Shown: piece by piece, positions 34,593-43,934 of the stretch | How positions within the stretch are numbered: the stretch's first letter is position 1 | How the letters are laid out: each line of letters starts with the position of its first letter | NCBI GenBank assembly: GCA_037131125.1 | Contig: JBAXRR010000001.1 | Coordinates: 73,345 to 124,385, forward strand | From: a bacterium | GTDB taxonomy: Bacteria > Patescibacteriota > Dojkabacteria > GCA-016699595 > JBAXKR01 | DNA length: 51,041 bases | Reading direction: 5' to 3' | The notes under the pieces: generated by a model | What the model saw: only the letters and a program-made list of their open reading frames with translations | Database searches by the model: none | Told to the model about the DNA's origin: nothing | Position numbers and translations under genes: made by a program

Positions 34593-37500
34593 TTCTTAGT
34601 GTCCACTCAGATAAAATATTCGTACAATTATATGCACTTCCTAACCCTGATTCAGAATATGAGCTACAAGATATGTGACAACAAGGTTCTCTTGGAACAT
34701 AGTTTGCAGGTCCTAATGCTTTTGGATCCAGACTCTTAATTGCGAAATGTAAATGGTTACCAGTAGAGTTTCCTGTACTTCCCACTTGTCCTATTTGATC
34801 ACCCTTCTTTACTAATTTTCCTTCTATTACATAGTCTTTAATATTTGTAAGCATGTGACCATATGTAGTTATATAGTCTACTCCATTAACAGTACTTTGT
34901 ATTTGAACATATGAGCCAAATCCATATTTAACACCACTTCTTCCTTCAATTTGTACAAGGCTTACTTTTCCATCTGCCCATGCAAATACTGGTGTACCAG
35001 CTGGAGCTGCAATATCTATTGCTCTTTCTCCTTGGTGACTGAATGCACCATTTGAACATTGGGTAACAACAACGCCTGCAGCTTTTGGATCTACTGGGTT
35101 GCCACCTAAGTCTGGACGATATAGGCCTGCTAAACTAGAAGACCTAATTAATTGCCCATCTTTATTTACACACACGTTTTGATTAATTGCTTCTGTTATA
35201 GGAACCTTTGTACCATCTTCCATTCTTGTCGCAGATGAATTTCCATTAATTAAATTACATATTCCATTTCCTCCTGCCACTTCGTTAAGATTTTTGTTTA
35301 AAAATACTCTATAAGTAAGTTTATCATTGGTGAATTTAGTGGAATCTTTTTCTGCGTGGTACTTTATTGTTTGTCCTTCCTGTCTAAAAGTGTCTGTAAT
35401 ATTATCAAAAGTAATACGGCTTACGTCACCAGTACTAGAAAGTGTATCTGTGAAATCTACAATGATGTTCCCTGTGAGATTAGCAGAATTACCTTTAGTT
35501 ATTGTTACTGTATACACTAAAGCATTTGCAGATTTGTCGTAAGAGTTGAAGGCCTTTGTGACACCAGCAATTTTTGATGCTGCTACAAATACTCCTGGAG
35601 AAAATATGGATGGAATTGCAACTAATCCAACTCCCACAATTGTTGAGGCAAATGTTAAAGACATTGATATGGACATTATTGCTTCAACTTTATCTAAAAA
35701 TCTTTCTGATCTTATAAATCTTAGTAGTCCAAGTCCTGCTCCAAGGAATTTGACAATATCTCCAAAAGACTTTGATGCCCCATCAAGTAATTTTCCTAAG
35801 TAACCTCCAACAGTCCCTCCAACAATTGTTCCAGCTGTCGCACCTGCAATGAATCCAACAATAGGTCCTGCTGCGATTGATACTACAACTCCTACTACTC
35901 CACCAACTACTGCTCCAACTAATCCAGATACGACCATAACACCTGGGGTGAACCCAAATAATAATCCTCCAAGAAGAGATCCTAAAACTGAACCTACTGC
36001 TGCAGCTGGAGCAACACCTGAGAATGATACATTTGCTGCAGTAGTGCCGGAAATTAGTCCGGTTGAAGCTAGACTTCCGACTAGGTTATCTCCTAATGCA
36101 GTTAATGTTCCTGTTAATGCACGTATACCTATAGGAAAACCTGCAATGTCTATTCCTCTCATCACTGCATCTAGTGGATTGTTAAATAGCGATCCAACTG
36201 CTTGGAATAAGTTATTACCTTTTTGCATCTCACTTATAACCTGATCAACAGTTTCCCAGATTCTATATGTTCCGTATCCTAGACCGAGGGTTTCAAATAT
36301 TGGAAACTTAACAAGTTTTGCTATAGCTCTTCCAACTGAAGAAGCTTCAATTTTTGAAGCTACTGTTTTTGCAACAGATTCTACTGCAGTGGTAACTTTT
36401 TCTATTAATCTTCTTCCGTACCACTGTGCCAAAGTATTTCCACCAATTACTGCAAATGTAAGTACTGGATTTCCTCCGGTAAGAAAGAATGTTGCTAATC
36501 CAGCAATAAATGAACTTTTTCCTACACTAAATATACTTTGTAATAACTTTGGATTAACTAATTTCGCAAGTCTACTTATTTTTCCTGCATTTCCTAGTGC
36601 TACATAAGTCGAAAACTTCCCTTTCATTATGACATTCAGCTCTCTTATTAGTCTTCCTGCACTACCCTTTAATCCAACCCAAGAATCGAATTTATCAAAT
36701 ATACTTTTGTATGCTCGCCAAAATCTACTTGTTTCAAAAATTGATCTTGATTGCGGTAATCCGTCTAATGTTGTTAATCTAAATTCTGCGGAAGTTCGAA
36801 CTGAACCAATTGAGAATTTTAAATCGGATTCTCCTGCACCTATATACATTCCAGGTGCGGGCTTGTAGTAAAGAATTTTCGTAGGATCTGCTACATCAAA
36901 TACTGGTACTACTTCTAATCCAGATAAATGATTCATCTGCTTGAAAAAGTCGTAACTTCTCCCTGCAGACAACTGTATGTAAGATTTGTATCCAGTTATT
37001 TCAATTGCTTGTCCAAATCCAGGTCTAAATGCAAATTTCTCAAGCCCCCATGAACTAGTAAGCCCTGAGGAAATAGAAGGTGGTAAATAGATTCTTTTGT
37101 CTAACAGTGTCTTAAATGATTGTGTAAGTTCAATTCCAGGGACAGTAACAAGCTTATTTAATCCTTCAACTCCAAGGAAACCTTTTAAGATTCTTTCTAA
37201 TCTATTTCCTTCTAGTAGTTCATTAACAAATGCTTCTCCACCAAATATTGTACTTCCAATTATTCCACCTACAGGTCCGGCAATTAAACCTCCAATTGCA
37301 CCACCAATTAATCCTGATTGTAAGGATCTAATACCTGCTCCTCCAAATGCTCCTCCTACTTTTGCCAATCCTTTAATTCTACTTAACCTTATTGCCATTG
37401 ATCCATCGGTTACTGTAGATAATTTTGAGAAAATAGAAGCGTAAGCTTTTGCAACTGCTGGGATCTTTTTGGCAACATCTAGTGCTCTACCAAGTATTTT

Positions 37501-40356
37501 CTTGGCCATAGTGTAAGCAAATCTTACGGTCAGAGATAAACCTAGATCGAGAATATTCTTCTTCTTTCGCCTATTCTCATATGCTAATGTTTTGTCCCAA
37601 CCGGTAAATTTTCCTACACGAGAACCGCCAACCTTATCTAATGCTTTATTTACAAGATTTCTAATACCATATGTTATTAAATTGACTTCCATTCTCTGTC
37701 CCCCTCCCATGTCGACTTTTTTTCTAAGTCCAATTGACCTTGTAAAGAGGTTGATAAGCCTACCTCTAACTCCAACCATTCTTCCTCCAGGAGTTCCATC
37801 GTTAACTTTTGGAAGTAGAATACCTTTTTCCCAAATTAATTTTCGGAGGACTTCAGGATTATTTATTATTTCTCCAATTGTATTTGCATTTTCATGTAAT
37901 TCGAAAAGTCGTTGAATGTCGTTTCCTGCAGTTCTACCTATAAGGTTTGAAATGATATCGAAAAGCATTTTCTGCTTACCATCCTCTCTTTTTTTGTCTA
38001 AGTACGGAATTAAATTTCCAGTGAAAAGTGAGGTAATCAATTGATTATCATACTCACTTAGCATTGCATCATTTGTTCTTAGGTTTACGAGTTCACCACC
38101 TTGTTCTGCATACTTCTTCTTAATATATTTGCTTGAGTCCTCTGCTTCTTCTATTTGTAACCCTACCCTCTGAAATGCTTCTGTTAATTTTTCGTTTGTT
38201 GGAAGTTCAACTAATCTTACGGTTCTCCTGATTAATTCAACGCCTTCATGAGCTTTTTCCAGTCTTGAAAGAGGTGCTTTTGTTGAATCAGGTACAGTAG
38301 AAGTATATTGTCCTTCTCTTACAACTTTTCTTCCATATGGGAGTTTTGCAAGTGTAACCTCTGTTACTTCAAACTTTGCATTATCCTTATTTGCTTCTCT
38401 ATCTTTATCGTCTAATACCTTAACCTCTATAAAACTTTCTGGAGTTGCCATGTCTGCTCTACACTCAAGAACGCCTGCAACAGTTTCCGAAGTCTGATTT
38501 GCCAAAGTGTCAATAATAGTGTCTTGCTCAGCAGGTGACATCCCTCTTCTTTCTAAGTCAGTAAAAAAGTCATTACTGTGAGTTCGTACAATTGTTTTTA
38601 CTTGAGCTGCTACTGTTGCCCCAATTACAGAGCTTGGGTCCTTACCTCTTGAGGTTAAATATTTAATCAAACCTGATCTTGCATCTAATAAAGAAGTGTC
38701 TGTATTGCTAGCTACAGTATCAAAATAAGTTGCTGCATCTTCTGCAACTGTTTTGACAACCTCTCTCGAAATAAGCTCAGCAAAAGTTATTTCAATATTT
38801 GGATTTTGTGGATCCTTCAACTTCTGTTTTGCAAGTTTCCAACCGATTGAAGCACTACTTAATATTTCATTTGATACTTCCTGGGATAACCTATATCCAA
38901 TTTCATGAGCATAAAGCTTTTTTCTTAACCTTCCTTCGATTCTGTCTTTTAAAACTGGATTAGCAATAATTTTTTCTGTGTCTGTGAAACCAATTGCGTC
39001 TGCTGCACCTTCATCTTTAACTATTTCACTAAAGTAAGGAATTAATGGAGAATCCTGTGTTCCTTCTAAAGCACTTTTCTCCATAACCATTACACTAGCG
39101 CCTCTTGTATTTTCCCAGTAATCTTCATATGCTCTTTTTCTTGCAGCTTTGGCTACAATTGGTACAAGTGGGTCACTATTGTTTAATTGAGATTTTTCAA
39201 AGGCTTTTGTTAGTGATGCGTAATTCCCTTTTCTAATTAACTCAGAGAATTCATAAAAGTACGCTCGAAATTCTGTTGAATATCTAGGGTCTTTTTCTAC
39301 TTGATCATAAATTGTTCGCCAGCTTGTGCCAGTAGTTCCTTTTACTGCTTCTTTTGCAACAAATTCAATTGCTTTCTTCCCAAGTTTATTTTCTACTAAA
39401 TTCTCTTTAACAACAGAATCATCTATTTCTTTTTGAAGTGAGGCAATTCCAGTTAATGGGAGATTCTCAGGTTGTACATGAAAACTATCTTCGAAATTCC
39501 TAATAATATCTACAAGCTGTTTATTTGAAAGCTCAGTTTTCCCAGTGACAAATCTCTGATTAGTTAGTAATCTATTATCTACACTAGTTCTTGCAACTAG
39601 CATTTCCATCAATTGTCTTTTTAGAGTAACATTATTGGTTTTGTTGACTGCAATGGAGATTTCTTCTATTGAGGAAGAAGGTTTTAACTTTCCAAGCTTT
39701 ATAGATTCATCTCTATTGAACTTATCTATTATTGCTTGTCTTTTAAGCTCTGCAGTTTCTAATTGCTTTTTGGCAATATCTATTAATGCTGCATATGAAT
39801 CAACTTTCTTTTTAACAATATCTTTTAATTCCTTTGAAGGAGTTATTCCAGAAACAAGTCCTTTGGTATTCTTCACCTCAATTCCAGATAGTACTGTTCT
39901 GATGTCTTTAACAGATTTTTCAAAATTGGGAATTGCAGGATATACTTTACTTGTAATTTCAGCTTTTGCCGTACCAAGTTTTGCTAAATAATCAGAAATA
40001 GGAACACCATCTAGTAAATTTCCTGGATATTGGGAACTTAGAAATTTTTCTGCTCCATCTAGAACCGAGTTAATTAAAAACATTTTTGATCGAATGTCAG
40101 TTCCTGCATCAAGTCTCAAGAATTCAGACGCACTTTTAGGATCTTGAAATGCTTCTTTTAATGCATTATAAGTATTTGTGTTAATTACATTTGCATTTTT
40201 CAGATGTTCGATCATCTGAGGTGTATAAAAAACTCTTGAAGAATTTGCAAAATCCTTGAGTCGAAGATTAATATCGCTAGAACTGATACCATAATTAAGA
40301 GATGCTTTGACAAACTGTTTTGTGATATAATCTTTCAAGAATTCTTTTTGGACCAT
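34573..40356 (-). CDS. Giant (1,927 aa) membrane protein: about 980-aa soluble helical N-domain, Gly/Ala-rich multi-TM region, C-terminal M23 (LytM-type) peptidase domain
   Basis: No signal peptide (MVQKEFLKDYITKQ...). The hydrophobic Gly-rich segments include GAFGGAGIRSLQSGLIGGAIGGLIAGPVGGIIGSTIFGG and LGGLLFGFTPGVMVVSGLVGAVVGGVVGVVVSIAAGPIVGFIAGATAGTIVGG. M23 signatures are AIDIAAPAGTPVFAWADGKV, TTYGHM and GSTGNSTGNHLHFAIKS (about 34700..35060). Confidence 0.9.
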   Translation of the reverse strand: MVQKEFLKDYITKQFVKASLNYGISSSDINLRLKDFANSSRVFYTPQMIEHLKNANVINTNTYNALKEAFQDPKSASEFLRLDAGTDIRSKMFLINSVLDGAEKFLSSQYPGNLLDGVPISDYLAKLGTAKAEITSKVYPAIPNFEKSVKDIRTVLSGIEVKNTKGLVSGITPSKELKDIVKKKVDSYAALIDIAKKQLETAELKRQAIIDKFNRDESIKLGKLKPSSSIEEISIAVNKTNNVTLKRQLMEMLVARTSVDNRLLTNQRFVTGKTELSNKQLVDIIRNFEDSFHVQPENLPLTGIASLQKEIDDSVVKENLVENKLGKKAIEFVAKEAVKGTTGTSWRTIYDQVEKDPRYSTEFRAYFYEFSELIRKGNYASLTKAFEKSQLNNSDPLVPIVAKAARKRAYEDYWENTRGASVMVMEKSALEGTQDSPLIPYFSEIVKDEGAADAIGFTDTEKIIANPVLKDRIEGRLRKKLYAHEIGYRLSQEVSNEILSSASIGWKLAKQKLKDPQNPNIEITFAELISREVVKTVAEDAATYFDTVASNTDTSLLDARSGLIKYLTSRGKDPSSVIGATVAAQVKTIVRTHSNDFFTDLERRGMSPAEQDTIIDTLANQTSETVAGVLECRADMATPESFIEVKVLDDKDREANKDNAKFEVTEVTLAKLPYGRKVVREGQYTSTVPDSTKAPLSRLEKAHEGVELIRRTVRLVELPTNEKLTEAFQRVGLQIEEAEDSSKYIKKKYAEQGGELVNLRTNDAMLSEYDNQLITSLFTGNLIPYLDKKREDGKQKMLFDIISNLIGRTAGNDIQRLFELHENANTIGEIINNPEVLRKLIWEKGILLPKVNDGTPGGRMVGVRGRLINLFTRSIGLRKKVDMGGGQRMEVNLITYGIRNLVNKALDKVGGSRVGKFTGWDKTLAYENRRKKKNILDLGLSLTVRFAYTMAKKILGRALDVAKKIPAVAKAYASIFSKLSTVTDGSMAIRLSRIKGLAKVGGAFGGAGIRSLQSGLIGGAIGGLIAGPVGGIIGSTIFGGEAFVNELLEGNRLERILKGFLGVEGLNKLVTVPGIELTQSFKTLLDKRIYLPPSISSGLTSSWGLEKFAFRPGFGQAIEITGYKSYIQLSAGRSYDFFKQMNHLSGLEVVPVFDVADPTKILYYKPAPGMYIGAGESDLKFSIGSVRTSAEFRLTTLDGLPQSRSIFETSRFWRAYKSIFDKFDSWVGLKGSAGRLIRELNVIMKGKFSTYVALGNAGKISRLAKLVNPKLLQSIFSVGKSSFIAGLATFFLTGGNPVLTFAVIGGNTLAQWYGRRLIEKVTTAVESVAKTVASKIEASSVGRAIAKLVKFPIFETLGLGYGTYRIWETVDQVISEMQKGNNLFQAVGSLFNNPLDAVMRGIDIAGFPIGIRALTGTLTALGDNLVGSLASTGLISGTTAANVSFSGVAPAAAVGSVLGSLLGGLLFGFTPGVMVVSGLVGAVVGGVVGVVVSIAAGPIVGFIAGATAGTIVGGTVGGYLGKLLDGASKSFGDIVKFLGAGLGLLRFIRSERFLDKVEAIMSISMSLTFASTIVGVGLVAIPSIFSPGVFVAASKIAGVTKAFNSYDKSANALVYTVTITKGNSANLTGNIIVDFTDTLSSTGDVSRITFDNITDTFRQEGQTIKYHAEKDSTKFTNDKLTYRVFLNKNLNEVAGGNGICNLINGNSSATRMEDGTKVPITEAINQNVCVNKDGQLIRSSSLAGLYRPDLGGNPVDPKAAGVVVTQCSNGAFSHQGERAIDIAAPAGTPVFAWADGKVSLVQIEGRSGVKYGFGSYVQIQSTVNGVDYITTYGHMLTNIKDYVIEGKLVKKGDQIGQVGSTGNSTGNHLHFAIKSLDPKALGPANYVPREPCCHISCSSYSESGLGSAYNCTNILSEWTLRNGSCTK

Positions 40357-40362
40357 GGAGTT

Positions 40363-40391
40363 ATTATATAGAATTTTTTATATTAAGTTAA
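40363..40391 (-). promoter_or_regulatory. Candidate promoter giving a leaderless mRNA for the 1,927-aa gene
   Basis: On the minus strand: TTAACT (40391..40386), 17-nt spacer, consensus TATAAT (40368..40363), then 6 nt (aactcc) before the ATG at 40356. The whole divergent intergenic region is 41 nt. A plus-strand TATATT (40379..40384) lies 13 nt before the ATG at 40398. Confidence 0.4.
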
Positions 40392-40397
40392 ATTAAT

Positions 40398-43300
40398 ATG
40401 TCAGAAATAATAGCACCTAGAGAGCATAGTATACCGGGGAATTCTGAAGCTGTTTCGGAGAACCCAGTATTAAAGACATTTAGACTTAATAGAGAAACAA
40501 AACCTGAGGAGGCAAAAGCTCCAGAGATTGTTCAAGAGGATTCAATAAATGAAAATTATGTAGCAAGTACGGAAACTGATTACCACGCAAAACTTGCGCA
40601 AAGTCATGAGTTACAATTATACTACGAAGCAATCCAATCTGAAGATCCTAACTTACAAGTTAGGCCTGATCAAATTCAACATATTTTTAAATTTTTCTAT
40701 GATCAACTACTCTTTTCCGGAAATGCAGAAGTTAAGAAGCTTGCAGCCTGTGATTTAGAGATTTTTATTTCCTCCTGTAGGTTAGAATTAATTAAATCCT
40801 TGCAAAAGGATGCAAAGGGAGAGTACTCATTTACGGAGCTAGTCAAGACAAAAGGTGGGCAGGATAAGCTTATGAAGCTTATGTTGACTCAAGGATTAAT
40901 TGCAGAAATCTATAATAATAAAAAATGGGGGCCGGAGAGAGTTGTTTTTACTGGACAGAATAAAAAAACGAATGTTTCATGGGCAAGTATTTATGGTGAT
41001 TATAAGAAACAATACGATTTCAGTAACGATGCTCCTTCTAAAAGTACTAGAAGATTCAGGGATATAGTTGAAAATCCAAATAAAAGTGATATTACCCTTT
41101 CTGAAAAGCTAGCCTTTTTGTACATGTTAAGGTCTCAGAGTTCTGAATTTATAGCAGAAAGTGTATTACATTCGACAGAAAATATACGTTTTACAGGCAA
41201 TGTTCAGGAAAAGCTGAGAGGTCCAATTAAGCTTATGGATCTTCAGATAACCGATATTGAAAGAATTGCATTTCAAAGTTTTTTAACTAAACCTATTGAA
41301 AATGTTGCATTACATTCTAAAACACCCGCAGAAAGAGCAGCTTCAGAAGTTATCGAAGTTTATACTGTTGATAATGGGAAAGTTGAATGTAAAGGTGATA
41401 AGACTGATCAAGTTCTAGGTAATGCTGAAAATTATTTTACTGAGGGAAGTATGCAGGATTTTGCAAAAGCCTCTGAGTATCTTGTATATCATGCAGAAAA
41501 TGGACATGTTTCGGAAAGTGAAGTGACCTCCTTTAAATGGAAGATTATCGACAGAAAAACTTTTATGGCTTGGATGAATCTTTATACAAACACAAGGAAA
41601 GATGATTACCAAATATTGCCTTTTTCTGTTGTATTATCTGGAACTTATATAGATAGTGAAGGAAATATTTTAAGTGAGTTAGCTCCTAGAAGTAATGAAA
41701 ATCGAACTGATAGGAATGAAAATCACCTTTATGAGATTGCCTATACACGAATGAAGTACGATTGTCCTGAAGCTTTGACTTACTACGAAAGGCCGTTGGA
41801 TACGCCGGATGGCTATAACAAGAGACATTATAGAGTTCAGGAAAGTTATACAAAAGATCAAGAGGGTGGAGATAGAGAAGGTGTAAGAGCTCTTGCAGCT
41901 GCAATGCTTAAACAGCATATGAGGCTTGTTTTTGGCTCTATCGCAAGTGATTATGATTTTAGTAAAAGCAATAGTCCGGAAATGACTTTTGTTAAAAGAT
42001 CATTAGGAATAAGAATTGCGGAAAAAATGGTTACTGTTGGCGATGTCAAGGTTCGTGAGGCTCCGGCTGCATTCGACCAAATTTCTAAATTACCTACAGG
42101 CTTTAGCGATAAAATACGTGTAAATATGCATTTGGGAGCATACCTCTTTGGTTTATTTTCCAAAAAGGGGGAAGATCCGATGCTTCTAAACTACATTCCA
42201 TATAGAGACTCCCCAATATTTGTAAGAAAAGTTAGAGATGCTGTGAAGGATATAAATAAACCTGTTATGACTTTAGATGGAACAAAAGTAATTTCAAAAG
42301 ATTCTGACGATTTGAAATTAGGTGGTACCGATTTGAAAAATATTCTTGAGGATGCTCATCAGAGGTATCCTGGTGTTACTCCTAAACTTACGGCACTTGA
42401 ACCCGGTTTAAAAAAGATGATGAACGGGTTTATTCTATTTGGAAAGTACTATGACAATGGTGGGGAATTTCAAAATAACGCTTCTTCTGAAAAATCTAAT
42501 AAATTATATATGGATATGCTTTTGAGGGAGTACACAACTGATTTATCAGTACTCTTAGGGTATCCAAATATTAAGGATCGTTACAGTAAACCACTTGAAA
42601 GTATCCCATTCAGAAAAGATATTTGGGAAGGGTTTATAGGCACGTTGTTAACATTGTATGTAGGAAATCAAAAAGGTTTTATTAATACCCTTTGGGCCCC
42701 AGTAATTAAATATGGACATAGTGTATTGGAGAACACTGCTTCAGACGTTTATCAAGCAAAAGATCCTAAAAAGGAAAGCTACCTTGAGCTTCTAACTAAG
42801 GTTGCTAAAGAAATTAACGATAACTCGGGATTAAAAATGTATCTAGAGGTTATCAATGATTTACCTTTGGATCTTTTTAAGAATCTTATAAAGGAATCAG
42901 GAACAGATAATAGTCTTTTGATTGCAGGAGTTTTTAGATTACTAAAGGCAAGATTTGAACAACCCAACTTTAAAGTAAAAGTAGATTCTACGAAAGGTAA
43001 TGGTCGTAGGGAAGTAGTAATGAGTGGTTTAGATTATTGGGGTACAGTAAATAATTCTGATTTCCCGGATGTTGGAGTCCTTGAGGGAACATTAGCAGTT
43101 TTGAAAAATAGTGGAATAAGATTTAATTTAGAACCTATTATTGGTGAAGGGGGAAGAGTTAGGAAGTTGAGGTTGGCCATACAACCTCTTTATGAGCAGG
43201 ATATGAAGAGTGCTGATGGAATAAATTATACTAGTGATGAGAGTTTGGATGAAATAAGAAGAAGAATAAGTACTGTTTCGGATTCTATGGGTACAAATGT

Positions 43301-43874
43301 TGCTGTAGATATATCTCAGGCTATGAAACTAGTACATTTATTGTTTACAACTGATTTAAATATTGGTCAATCTCAGGATATTTTAAAGGGTCAATGGACT
43401 AATTTCATTATGGGAGGAGAAATTGCTGGTAAACCTTACTCCCCTACTTTTGATTTTTCTTCAGTAAATTACATGAATGCAAGCAAGAATACAGATGCAT
43501 TCTTACAACATAAGAAAATGAGTTTTGCAGATAGGTTTAGATTTCTTACCACAAATCAGAAAGAAATTTCAGAGAGATGGGAAATTTTTTGTACTACAAC
43601 ATCTATGCAATTAGGTACTTTACCTTATGTAGAAACACAAAACTCATTTTTTACAATAGATGGAATTTTCCCATCAGTTGCCTCTACTCAAATGTCAGTT
43701 TTTCCTATAGATATATTATCTGTTGCATTAAGTAACCCAGATTACTTTATGTCTAAAGTTACAGACATTACTGGGTCTCCTCAAGTTAGATTTGACACAA
43801 TTCCTGACTACATACTTAGTACTATTGTTAAAGACAAAGGAGGAAGTTCTTTTGAATTTAATGGAGATAGATAG
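40398..43874 (+). CDS. Hypothetical large soluble protein (1,158 aa)
   Basis: Uninterrupted ORF with an ATG start. I saw no signal peptide, no TM segment and no Walker A or other catalytic motif. First gene of the plus-strand operon. Confidence 0.85.
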   Translation: MSEIIAPREHSIPGNSEAVSENPVLKTFRLNRETKPEEAKAPEIVQEDSINENYVASTETDYHAKLAQSHELQLYYEAIQSEDPNLQVRPDQIQHIFKFFYDQLLFSGNAEVKKLAACDLEIFISSCRLELIKSLQKDAKGEYSFTELVKTKGGQDKLMKLMLTQGLIAEIYNNKKWGPERVVFTGQNKKTNVSWASIYGDYKKQYDFSNDAPSKSTRRFRDIVENPNKSDITLSEKLAFLYMLRSQSSEFIAESVLHSTENIRFTGNVQEKLRGPIKLMDLQITDIERIAFQSFLTKPIENVALHSKTPAERAASEVIEVYTVDNGKVECKGDKTDQVLGNAENYFTEGSMQDFAKASEYLVYHAENGHVSESEVTSFKWKIIDRKTFMAWMNLYTNTRKDDYQILPFSVVLSGTYIDSEGNILSELAPRSNENRTDRNENHLYEIAYTRMKYDCPEALTYYERPLDTPDGYNKRHYRVQESYTKDQEGGDREGVRALAAAMLKQHMRLVFGSIASDYDFSKSNSPEMTFVKRSLGIRIAEKMVTVGDVKVREAPAAFDQISKLPTGFSDKIRVNMHLGAYLFGLFSKKGEDPMLLNYIPYRDSPIFVRKVRDAVKDINKPVMTLDGTKVISKDSDDLKLGGTDLKNILEDAHQRYPGVTPKLTALEPGLKKMMNGFILFGKYYDNGGEFQNNASSEKSNKLYMDMLLREYTTDLSVLLGYPNIKDRYSKPLESIPFRKDIWEGFIGTLLTLYVGNQKGFINTLWAPVIKYGHSVLENTASDVYQAKDPKKESYLELLTKVAKEINDNSGLKMYLEVINDLPLDLFKNLIKESGTDNSLLIAGVFRLLKARFEQPNFKVKVDSTKGNGRREVVMSGLDYWGTVNNSDFPDVGVLEGTLAVLKNSGIRFNLEPIIGEGGRVRKLRLAIQPLYEQDMKSADGINYTSDESLDEIRRRISTVSDSMGTNVAVDISQAMKLVHLLFTTDLNIGQSQDILKGQWTNFIMGGEIAGKPYSPTFDFSSVNYMNASKNTDAFLQHKKMSFADRFRFLTTNQKEISERWEIFCTTTSMQLGTLPYVETQNSFFTIDGIFPSVASTQMSVFPIDILSVALSNPDYFMSKVTDITGSPQVRFDTIPDYILSTIVKDKGGSSFEFNGDR

Positions 43875-43934
43875 AATTTTAAAGCAGGTGAGGTACAGGC
43901 TGAATTTACGAGATTATGGGAATCTATCTGGAAA

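Noticed and set aside
35327-37915. Series of plus-strand ORFs (for example 35849..36244 and 37097..37444) encoding Pro/Thr-rich peptides
   Set aside because: They mirror the Gly/Ala/Val-rich TM region of the 1,927-aa gene (GGN/GCN/GTN codons read as NCC/NGC/NAC on the other strand). No independent start context or motif. Shadow ORFs.
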